Source: Verrucomicrobiota bacterium
GTDB lineage: Bacteria > Verrucomicrobiota > Verrucomicrobiia > Chthoniobacterales > UBA6821
DNA: 9,087 nt
Reading direction: 5' to 3'
Assembly (NCBI GenBank): GCA_008932965.1
Contig: WBXG01000065.1
Location: 1-9,087 of the forward strand
This document shows positions 1-6,338 of this stretch, in pieces. The translations under genes were made by a program, and so were the position numbers. Positions within the stretch are counted from its first letter, which is position 1. Each line of letters starts with the position of its first letter. The notes under the pieces are model-generated. The model had not been told where the DNA came from, did not search any database, and saw only the letters and a list, made by a program, of their open reading frames with translations.

Positions 1-1124
1 AATTAACATCGTTACTTGGAGGTGATGCTGCACCATTAACAATGACTCCATCGTCACGTATTTTAATGATTGGTCTCAATGGAGCAGGCAAAACAACCTC
101 CTCGGCAAAATTAGCACGGTGGCTTAAAACACAAGGCCAGAAACCACTTCTGCTAGCTCTCGATCTTGTCCGACCTGCGGCTATAGACCAATTAGTAGCC
201 CTAGGAGAGCAGATTGAAGTTCCCGTATTCCGCCCTCAACTTGGATCTTCAGATGTCTTAGCTGTCGCTCGTGAGGCTCTAGAATGGTCTCAAGCGCAGC
301 TTGGAACAATTGCTATTTATGATACTGCAGGGAGGCGCGAAATTGATGCATCCCTCATAACTGAATTAAAAAAACTCAAAGATATTCTTCAACCGCAAGA
401 AATCTTACTTGTTTGTGATGCAGCAACTGGACAGCAGGCAGTAAGTGTTGCAGAACTTTTTCACTCGAGCCTTGGAATTACCGGTCTGATTTTAACAAAA
501 CTCGATGGTGATGCTCGTGGAGGGGCGGCTCTCTCATTACGAACTGTAACAGGGCAGCCGATTAAATTTTCTGGAACTGGGGAAAAATTAGATCAATGGG
601 AACCTTTTTATCCTGATCGTTTAGCAGGAAGAATTCTCGGAATGGGAGATGTTATTAGTCTGGTTGAAAAAGCTTCGGAGGCCCTTGAAATCGACGAGAT
701 GGAGCAATTAGAAAAGAAAATGAAAATGGGATCCTTGGATTTTAATGATTTTTTAAGTCAATTAAAAATGATGCGTCGCATGGGTCCTATTGAGAATCTG
801 CTTGGCATGTTGCCAGGGGCCGCTAATCTTCCATCCACTGCGGTTAATGGAAAAGAGCTGCAACGGGTTGAGGCAATCATTCTTTCAATGACGCTTCAAG
901 AGCGAAAACGTCCTGACATTCTTAATGCTCGTCGACGTCAACGTATTGCCCGTGGCAGTGGTAGTTCTGTAACCGAAGTAAATAATCTTATTTTACGCTT
1001 ACATCAGATGAAAAAAATGATGAAAAACGTAGGAAAAATGAAAAAAATGCTTTCCAAATCCTCTCGCGGATTTGGTGGCCTGATCCCAAATCAACACTTA
1101 CCGAATACATTACCATGGCAGTAG
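1..1124 (+). CDS. ffh: Signal recognition particle protein Ffh, 5'-truncated by the window edge (end of N domain, full G and M domains present)
   Basis: The frame of ORF 42..1124 stays open back to nt 3 (LTSLLGGDAAPLT precedes the first Met), so the CDS enters from upstream. It carries SRP54-type GTPase motifs GLNGAGKTT (G1), DTAGR (G3), TKLDGDARGG (G4) and GTGEK (G5). A Met-rich M domain follows (MKKMMKNVGKMKKM). Stop TAG is at 1122-1124. Confidence 0.95.
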   Translation, partial: LTSLLGGDAAPLTMTPSSRILMIGLNGAGKTTSSAKLARWLKTQGQKPLLLALDLVRPAAIDQLVALGEQIEVPVFRPQLGSSDVLAVAREALEWSQAQLGTIAIYDTAGRREIDASLITELKKLKDILQPQEILLVCDAATGQQAVSVAELFHSSLGITGLILTKLDGDARGGAALSLRTVTGQPIKFSGTGEKLDQWEPFYPDRLAGRILGMGDVISLVEKASEALEIDEMEQLEKKMKMGSLDFNDFLSQLKMMRRMGPIENLLGMLPGAANLPSTAVNGKELQRVEAIILSMTLQERKRPDILNARRRQRIARGSGSSVTEVNNLILRLHQMKKMMKNVGKMKKMLSKSSRGFGGLIPNQHLPNTLPWQ

Positions 1125-1357
1125 CTATCCGACTTCGCCGCGAAGGAGCACGAAATCACCCTTTTTACCGTATCACTGTTGCAGACCAACGTTCTCCTCG
1201 TGATGGCAAATTTATTGAACTTATCGGGCATTACGATTCCAAGAAAAAGGAAGAGAATTATGTCATCGACCTTGCTCGAGCTGAATATTGGCTCAGTGTG
1301 GGTGCACGACCCTCTCAAACGGTCATGAGTATTATTAATAAGGCTCGTAAAAAATAG
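1115..1357 (+). CDS. rpsP: 30S ribosomal protein bS16
   Basis: The 80-aa product begins MAVAIRLRREGARNHPFYRITVADQRSPRDGKFIELIGHYD, the conserved bS16 N-terminus. ATG 1115 overlaps the ffh stop by 10 nt, and ffh-rpsP is canonical synteny. Stop TAG is at 1355-1357. Confidence 0.95.
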   Translation: MAVAIRLRREGARNHPFYRITVADQRSPRDGKFIELIGHYDSKKKEENYVIDLARAEYWLSVGARPSQTVMSIINKARKK

Positions 1358-1490
1358 TTATTAAAAATTTCACTGATTAGGAGAAGAGCCTCTTTCTTTA
1401 CCTTGCTCGCCTCCTCAACTATTTTCATAGATATTATGGATAGGTGTGGATTTTGGGCTAACCCAGATAGGATATTTTTGCGTATTCATT

Positions 1491-1634
1491 ATGAAACAAC
1501 TCCTCCTTTATTTCTTTGCGGTGGCATTACTTGTTTCAAGTTTTGCTTGTGAACGTCATCCCATTTCACAAACAATTCCTGATTTTGAAAAAAAACAGGT
1601 AATTCCCTCCATAGAGGTTGACGAAAAGAAATAG
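1491..1634 (+). CDS. Hypothetical small (47 aa) secreted peptide or lipoprotein
   Basis: The internal ATG at 1491 of ORF 1446..1634 gives MKQLLLYFFAVALLVSSFAC-ERHP. That is a short basic n-region, a hydrophobic core, then a Cys in a relaxed lipobox-like context (SFA|C). The mature part is charged and Lys/Glu-rich. I recognise no homology, and a short ORF in AT-rich DNA could be spurious. Confidence 0.4.
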   Translation: MKQLLLYFFAVALLVSSFACERHPISQTIPDFEKKQVIPSIEVDEKK

Positions 1635-1664
1635 AAGGGTTTGAGGAACACCCCTTTTTATTTA
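1635..1664 (+). terminator. Weak candidate intrinsic terminator after the small ORF
   Basis: AAGGG (1635-1639) can pair with CCCTT (1652-1656) around a 12-nt loop, followed by TTTATTTA. The stem is only 5 bp and the loop is large. The next gene starts 11 nt later. Confidence 0.25.
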
Positions 1665-1674
1665 TCAACAAGGC

Positions 1675-2355
1675 ATGAAACCAGCTCTTGCTCTTTTTGA
1701 TCTTGATCATACGCTAATCAGGGGGGATACCCAAAGCGAATGGGGTCACTATCTAGCAGATTGTGGTATTCTCGATCTTGCATTCTATAAAAAGAGGATG
1801 TCAGAGTTTGAGGAAGGGTATCGCCAAGGGAAGCTCAATATTTCTGCATTGTTAGCATTTCATGTAGAAATTTTAAGACCTTTTTCATTAGAAAAAATTC
1901 GTGCATGGCGGAGTGACTTTACAGAAAAGCGGATTCCTCCTTTGATTGTTAACACAATCCTCAAACAACTTCTTCATCACCAAGCTCAAGGGGATCAGGT
2001 GATTCTTGTCACGGCAACTAGTGAATTTCTAACCCTTCCAATAGCAGAACTCCTCGGAATAAAACATTTAATCGCTCTGAAGGAGGAGTGTGATGCCCAT
2101 GGAAGGCATACGGGAAGAGTTCTTGGTACTCCCTCGTATCGTGAAGGAAAAATTATACGTCTCCAAGAATGGCTCATAGAGAAACACACTTCTCTTGAAG
2201 ACTTTGATAAAGTCTGGTTTTACAGTGATTCTCACAATGATTTACCGTTGCTCTCATTTGTCACCAACCCTGTAGCAGTGAATCCTGATCAGACATTACG
2301 TGAGTATGCTAATAACAAGAGATGGCCCATTATTGATTTTGAAATTGCTCCATAA
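1675..2355 (+). CDS. HAD-superfamily hydrolase, subfamily IB-like (phosphatase; substrate unknown)
   Basis: HAD motif I is FDLDHTL (DxDxT) at residues 8-14. Motif II is VTATS. Motif III/IV is K...FYSDSHNDLPLL. The helical cap region between motifs I and II and the ~226-aa length are typical of HAD-IB (SerB/YfhB-type) enzymes. No TM segment is present. Confidence 0.85.
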   Translation: MKPALALFDLDHTLIRGDTQSEWGHYLADCGILDLAFYKKRMSEFEEGYRQGKLNISALLAFHVEILRPFSLEKIRAWRSDFTEKRIPPLIVNTILKQLLHHQAQGDQVILVTATSEFLTLPIAELLGIKHLIALKEECDAHGRHTGRVLGTPSYREGKIIRLQEWLIEKHTSLEDFDKVWFYSDSHNDLPLLSFVTNPVAVNPDQTLREYANNKRWPIIDFEIAP

Positions 2356-2391
2356 ATTAAAATTTTCAACATAAAACCAAGAGGTAAAAAA

Positions 2392-2454
2392 TCGCTTGAA
2401 CATCATTGCTAGAGCATTGGAACAACATCGAGATGAGACGCTGGGTTCAAGCGA
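2392..2454. repeat. Perfect 10-bp inverted repeat (TCGCTTGAAC / GTTCAAGCGA) with a 43-nt spacer, in the HAD-to-membrane-protein intergenic region
   Basis: Positions 2392-2401 are the exact reverse complement of 2445-2454. The right arm ends 1 nt before the GTG at 2455 that opens the long ORF and 36 nt before the more likely ATG at 2491. Function is unknown. Confidence 0.6.
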
Positions 2455-2490
2455 GTGAAGAAAATAAAAATATTCAAAGTGCTGAGAGTA

Positions 2491-4824
2491 ATGAAAAGTT
2501 CCCAAATACATAAAACTTCCTATTTTATTTTTGGACTGACTCTCGTGATAGGATTTATTTGGCTGCTAAAAGGGCCCTCTGATCAAGAGCTCCTAGCCAA
2601 CATGGCAAAGGCTGAGGATTTCCATCCCTGGTTAGGTTGGTGGAGTAATAATTTTTTGTTAGGGGGATCAGTTGCCCCACAACTCACGACTCTTTTTACC
2701 ATTCTTCCATTAAAGTTATTCGGTTTTTTCTTGGGGTTCTTTTTTGGAGGGAAAGTAGCTGGACTAGTAGCACTATGTGCTGCTGGTTTTGCCATGAATC
2801 TTTTTATTTGTGATTGGACTGGAGATGCGCGTGCCGGTCTCCTGGGGGCCTGTGCTTACATGCTTGGGCCACAGATGTCCTTGCAGCTTGGTTTCAATGA
2901 ACATCTTCCTGTTGTCTTTAGCATGGTTTATGGACCACTTGTGCTTTGGTCACTTTGGGTTCTAATGAAAGAGTGCCATTGGAAATCTTCCCTTTTTCTT
3001 GCTCTTTCCTATGGAGCCATGCTCTTAACTTTTTCAAAAATGGCTGTCTGCTTTCTTCCTATTGCTATCGGTTTTCTCATCATTATAACTTATCAGTTAA
3101 GGGGAGAATTTCGAGAGGGGTCGGCTATTGTGGCGGTTCTTTTAAGGTTGACCCTAAGTCTGTTTTTATTAATCCCGTTAGCGATTGTTCCATTACTTCC
3201 TGCGTTAAGAGAATATTCTTGGCTCACACTTTTTACCTATGAACCTTTTGGAGGATGGCAAAATAATTTTTCACTTCAAAGTACCCTTGCTTTTTTAGAT
3301 CGTGATTCTTCATTAAGTAACGGAATGGCCCTGAACTTCAATCTGGATCATGGGGGCTTTTATCTGGGCATTGTCACCATTTTCTTAATCTGGTTAATGT
3401 TTGCTTCCCATCAAGAAGAAAACAAAAAATTAAAAAAAATTGTTCATGCAAGCCTTCTTCTTCTTCTTCTCTCTGCTTGGTTAAGCATAGGGCCATCTTC
3501 CTTAATAGGCCGCACACTTCTTTTTTTACAATCTGCAAAACCGTTGCAAAACGTGATTATTCCTTTGTTTTGGATCACTTTTGTCGGCTCTCTGATTTTG
3601 GTATGGCAACTCTGCCCATCCTTTTTTAATAAAAATAAAGATCATCTTTTTCGTAGTGCTATTGTGCTGCTTTTTCTTTTTGTGCCGGGATTTGCTTTGT
3701 TTGAACTGCTTCCCTTTGCAAAAGGAATCAGGGCTCCTTGGTCGTTGTGGCAAATGGGTGGCTCTCTCTTTTTAGCTCTCCTTTTTGGTTGTGCTGCCAG
3801 TTTTTGTACTGCTTCATGGAATGAAAAAAAACTGCAGAAGTGGGGCTCTGTAGCATTAATTTTTTTATTAATAGTTGATTTTTATCCTTATTTATCCTTC
3901 TACCACAGGGGAGCTTTAAAGGCAGAGACCTTCAATGACTTTTCACAAACAGTTCATTTTTTAAAACAAAATCCTTCTCATTCTAGAGTCATCCCATTCT
4001 CGGGGCGCTATTTTTATCTTCAAATACCTGCTCTAACCGGGCATCCACTCACAGATGAGGCTTTTAACCGCTATTTCCAATTAAAATGGGTTCGATCTCT
4101 GGGGAATTCCCTAAACCCTAGTGAATTCAAAGAATTTCTCAATCTTCTTGGAGTATCTTATCTTTTTATTGATAAAGAGGACCCAACGACCCCAAAGCAA
4201 TCCCAAGATTTTTATAGATCTCTCTTTCCTGTTGCTTTTGAAAATAACTCCTTCCTCATTTTAGAAAATCAGAATTCTTTATACCCGGCTTTTATAGCAC
4301 GTGATTTTGTGGTTTTTCCGCAAGAGAGTTATTCTGCAGCAGGAGTTTCATTGCACCTTGCATCAATGAACTTGTTATCCCTTGAGATGAAACAAGCCAA
4401 TCCTGGTGATCTTGGTTTTGCTGGAATGGTTAAGGGCAATAATCAAGTGGAGCTTTTGCCCCATTATAAAGAGCATGGAGGTCTTCCTTTTACACGTATC
4501 AATTCTGATGATTCTATTTTAGATCATGATCAGAAGATCGTGTTTCACCTCTCCCCCTCTGTTTCTGGGTGGTGTGTTATTACAACTGCTTTTCATCCTG
4601 ATTGGAAGGGAACCGTGGATGGTCAATCTAGTAATGTTTACCTTGCAGCAGGAGCTCTTCTCTCAATGTATGTTCCGCTCAATTCACAAGAAATTATTTT
4701 TAAATTTACTCCTCCTTGTTGGTATACTCTTTGCTTTGATTTAGGAATCTTCTGTTGGATCCTTGCTCTGCTAGCACTTTTTCTAAAAGAAAAGCACTGG
4801 GCTTTAGTACGATGGAAACGGTAG
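2491..4824 (+). CDS. Large polytopic membrane protein with YfhO / GT-C glycosyltransferase-like architecture (function unverified)
   Basis: The ORF is open from GTG 2455. I prefer ATG 2491 (MKSSQIHKTSYFIFGLTLVIGFIWLL), which has a GAGAG purine patch just upstream. About 14 hydrophobic segments are read by eye over the first ~480 aa. An acidic first loop follows TM1 (SDQE...AEDFHPWLGWW). A ~270-aa non-hydrophobic domain ends ...FHPDWKGTVDGQSSNVYLAAGALLSMYVPLNSQEIIFKFTPP, followed by a final C-terminal TM. This layout and the GW-K-x-x-VDG...P-x-x-x-x-I/V-x-F-x-Y/F-x-P tail resemble YfhO-family and other GT-C membrane proteins, from memory and not searched. Confidence 0.85.
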   Translation: MKSSQIHKTSYFIFGLTLVIGFIWLLKGPSDQELLANMAKAEDFHPWLGWWSNNFLLGGSVAPQLTTLFTILPLKLFGFFLGFFFGGKVAGLVALCAAGFAMNLFICDWTGDARAGLLGACAYMLGPQMSLQLGFNEHLPVVFSMVYGPLVLWSLWVLMKECHWKSSLFLALSYGAMLLTFSKMAVCFLPIAIGFLIIITYQLRGEFREGSAIVAVLLRLTLSLFLLIPLAIVPLLPALREYSWLTLFTYEPFGGWQNNFSLQSTLAFLDRDSSLSNGMALNFNLDHGGFYLGIVTIFLIWLMFASHQEENKKLKKIVHASLLLLLLSAWLSIGPSSLIGRTLLFLQSAKPLQNVIIPLFWITFVGSLILVWQLCPSFFNKNKDHLFRSAIVLLFLFVPGFALFELLPFAKGIRAPWSLWQMGGSLFLALLFGCAASFCTASWNEKKLQKWGSVALIFLLIVDFYPYLSFYHRGALKAETFNDFSQTVHFLKQNPSHSRVIPFSGRYFYLQIPALTGHPLTDEAFNRYFQLKWVRSLGNSLNPSEFKEFLNLLGVSYLFIDKEDPTTPKQSQDFYRSLFPVAFENNSFLILENQNSLYPAFIARDFVVFPQESYSAAGVSLHLASMNLLSLEMKQANPGDLGFAGMVKGNNQVELLPHYKEHGGLPFTRINSDDSILDHDQKIVFHLSPSVSGWCVITTAFHPDWKGTVDGQSSNVYLAAGALLSMYVPLNSQEIIFKFTPPCWYTLCFDLGIFCWILALLALFLKEKHWALVRWKR

Positions 4825-4905
4825 AGAAATGATACTCTTTGGAATCAATAGAGAACTCATAAACTATTTTCTCGTATTATTTTACCCTTGAATTAGAGTA
4901 TTTAA

Positions 4906-5038
4906 CTAGCTCGGATATTTCACACTAATAGTTTCGATGAGGCCGCCAAACTAGCCTGGGGTAAGCCGAGTGATGAACTCAGTATTCACGCTAGCTTTTC
5001 AGCTTAGGTAGGCGACTCGTATCAAATATTCGGGCTAG
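4906..5038 (+). promoter_or_regulatory. Candidate structured 5' leader / cis-regulatory RNA upstream of glyA (alternative: MITE-like inverted-repeat element)
   Basis: CTAGCTCGGATATTT (4906-4920) pairs with AAATATTCGGGCTAG (5024-5038) over 15 contiguous positions: 13 Watson-Crick pairs plus T4911-G5033 and G4914-T5030. Both mismatches are G-U wobbles only if the + strand is transcribed. A second helix is nested inside: 4936-4938/5021-5023, 4939-4941/5016-5018 and CGCC 4944-4947/GGCG 5011-5014. Inner hairpins are CTAGC 4951-4955/GCTAG 4990-4994 and GAGT 4968-4971/ACTC 4977-4980. The element is locally more GC-rich than the flanking spacer. Pairings were made by eye, with no covariation data. 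Confidence 0.45.
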
Positions 5039-5097
5039 ATAAAAAACGTACTCACAAAATATTTACGACAGTTGAATTAATAAACCCCACAAATCCT

Positions 5098-6333
5098 ATG
5101 TTCTCCTTTTTAAAAAAGACAGATCCCACTATTGCAGCCATCATTGAGTTAGAAGCACAACGACAGCTAGAACATGTAGAGCTCATTGCTTCGGAAAATT
5201 TCGCAAGTCAAGCCGTCATGGAGGTTCAAGGTTCCTGCCTGACCAATAAATATGCTGAAGGTTATCCCGGCAAGCGCTGGTATGGAGGCTGTGATGAGGT
5301 AGATAAGATTGAGAGAATTGCTATTGAGCGTGCTAAAAAACTTTTTGGAGGGGATCATATCAATGTTCAACCTCATAGCGGTAGCCAGGCAAACATGGCC
5401 GTATATTTTTCTGTTCTGCAGTTAGGTGATCGGATTTTGACTATGGATCTCTCTCATGGGGGACATCTCACCCATGGCCATCGTGCTAATTTTTCTGGAA
5501 AATTGTATGAAGTTTTTCACTATGGTGTTGGAGAAAAAGATGGTCGAATCGATTACGATGCTCTTGAGGAGCAAGCAGAGAAAGTAAGACCAAAAATGAT
5601 CACTGCTGGTGCCTCTGCCTATTCTCGTATCATTGATTATCAACGGATGCGTTCTATTGCTGATAAAGTAGGAGCAATACTTTTTGCTGATATGGCCCAT
5701 ATTGCCGGTCTTGTTGCAGGAGGGATGCACCCTAGTCCAGTTCCTTATGCTGATTTTGTTACCACGACAACCCACAAAAGTCTTCGTGGTGCTCGCTCAG
5801 GTCTTATTATTTGTCGTGAAGAGTACGCTAAGAGGCTTGACTCTCAGGTCTTCCCTGGAGTTCAAGGTGGACCGCTCTTACATATCGTTGCAGCAAAAGC
5901 GGTCTGTTTTGAAGAGGCACTTCAACCCTCTTTTCGCGACTATGCTCGTCAAGTCGTTCTTAATGCACAAGCATTATCAGCCCGATTGACTGAATTAGGT
6001 TTTTCGATTGTTTCAGGAGGAACAGATACTCATCTTTTCCTGGTGGACCTTCGTCCGCATGGTATCAATGGACAAGAGGCTCAAGAGACCTTGGATAAAG
6101 TTGCTATCACGGTGAATAAAAATGCGATTCCTTTTGATACTGAATCTATCATGAAAACAGGTGGCATTCGTCTTGGCACACCAGCAATGACAACCCGTTC
6201 ATTCTTGGAGTCTGACATGATACAGGTTGCAGATTTCATTCACGAAGCACTTGGAAAACGTCATGATGAAAATGCTCTGAGTGAATTGAAAAAACGAGTG
6301 ACTAACTTTGCTAAAAAATTTCCTCTACCTTAA
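5098..6333 (+). CDS. glyA: Serine hydroxymethyltransferase
   Basis: The 411-aa product has hallmark SHMT blocks: [44 protein letters not shown] and the PLP-lysine motif [10 protein letters not shown]. Stop TAA is at 6331-6333. Confidence 0.97.
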   Translation: MFSFLKKTDPTIAAIIELEAQRQLEHVELIASENFASQAVMEVQGSCLTNKYAEGYPGKRWYGGCDEVDKIERIAIERAKKLFGGDHINVQPHSGSQANMAVYFSVLQLGDRILTMDLSHGGHLTHGHRANFSGKLYEVFHYGVGEKDGRIDYDALEEQAEKVRPKMITAGASAYSRIIDYQRMRSIADKVGAILFADMAHIAGLVAGGMHPSPVPYADFVTTTTHKSLRGARSGLIICREEYAKRLDSQVFPGVQGGPLLHIVAAKAVCFEEALQPSFRDYARQVVLNAQALSARLTELGFSIVSGGTDTHLFLVDLRPHGINGQEAQETLDKVAITVNKNAIPFDTESIMKTGGIRLGTPAMTTRSFLESDMIQVADFIHEALGKRHDENALSELKKRVTNFAKKFPLP

Positions 6334-6338
6334 GTCAA

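Noticed and set aside
1009-1050. Direct repeat ATGAAAAAAATG (1009-1020 and 1039-1050) within ffh.
   Set aside because: It reflects the repetitive Met/Lys-rich M-domain tail (MKKM...MKKM). It is a coding-composition effect, not a separate element.
1379-1400. Possible rpsP terminator hairpin (GGAGAAGA-GCC-TCTTTCTTT).
   Set aside because: The stem is AT- and wobble-rich, needs a bulge, has a 3-nt loop, and lacks a separate downstream U-tract. It is too weak to call.
1446-1490. GTG start at 1446 for the small ORF, and likewise GTG 2455 for the membrane protein and ATG 8643 for livF.
   Set aside because: The downstream ATGs (1491, 2491, 8595) give canonical N-termini: a signal peptide, a short basic region before TM1, and the LivF consensus N-terminus and length. 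The upstream extensions add non-conserved-looking residues. This is not proven, because there are no SD motifs to arbitrate.
2439-2453. tRNA T-arm-like motif (CGCT GGGTTCA AGCG containing GGTTCAAGC).
   Set aside because: There is no acceptor, D or anticodon arm around it, and the loop register does not fit the canonical G53-T54-T55-C56-R57-A58...C61 pattern. It is better explained as part of the 2392-2454 inverted repeat.
1091-2795. Listed ORFs 1091..1318(-), 1489..1710(-), 1995..2189(-), 2296..2511(-) and 2583..2795(-).
   Set aside because: All lie mostly or entirely antisense to well-supported genes (ffh/rpsP, the HAD gene, the membrane protein) or span AT-rich spacers. Their products are low-complexity with no recognisable motifs. 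They are typical shadow ORFs.
3432-3468. A8 homopolymer (3432-3439) and (CTT)5 microsatellite (3454-3468) inside the membrane-protein gene, as possible phase-variation tracts.
   Set aside because: The CTT repeat is in-frame (Leu5), so unit changes would not shift the frame. An A8 run encoding Lys-Lys in an AT-rich genome is unremarkable, and there is no evidence of contingency-locus behaviour.
2946-4744. Listed ORFs 2946..3242(+), 3526..3753(-) and 4526..4744(+) inside the membrane-protein gene.
   Set aside because: They are alternative-frame or antisense ORFs nested in a 2.3-kb continuous ORF with a coherent TM architecture. Nothing supports overlapping genes.
4829-4891. 20-codon sORF (MILFGINRELINYFLVLFYP) starting 5 nt after the membrane-protein stop, as a possible leader peptide.
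   Set aside because: It is short and AT-rich, has no RBS, and has no run of regulatory codons such as Ser or Gly. It ends before the structured element with no obvious coupling to it. It is indistinguishable from chance.
4941-4970. Possible ZTP (pfl), THF or ykkC-type riboswitch identity for the glyA leader, suggested by GCCGCC...GCCTGGGG and CTAG...CCGAGTG strings.
   Set aside because: The ZTP 3' core CCGCCUGGGC is interrupted here by 7 nt, and the 5' ACUGGCG core is absent. The THF core (GCGUU, GGGA loop with CCGC pseudoknot partner) is not present. The resemblance to ykkC (CUAGGGUUCCG...GGUCCGAGAG) covers only short words. I kept it as an unclassified structured element.
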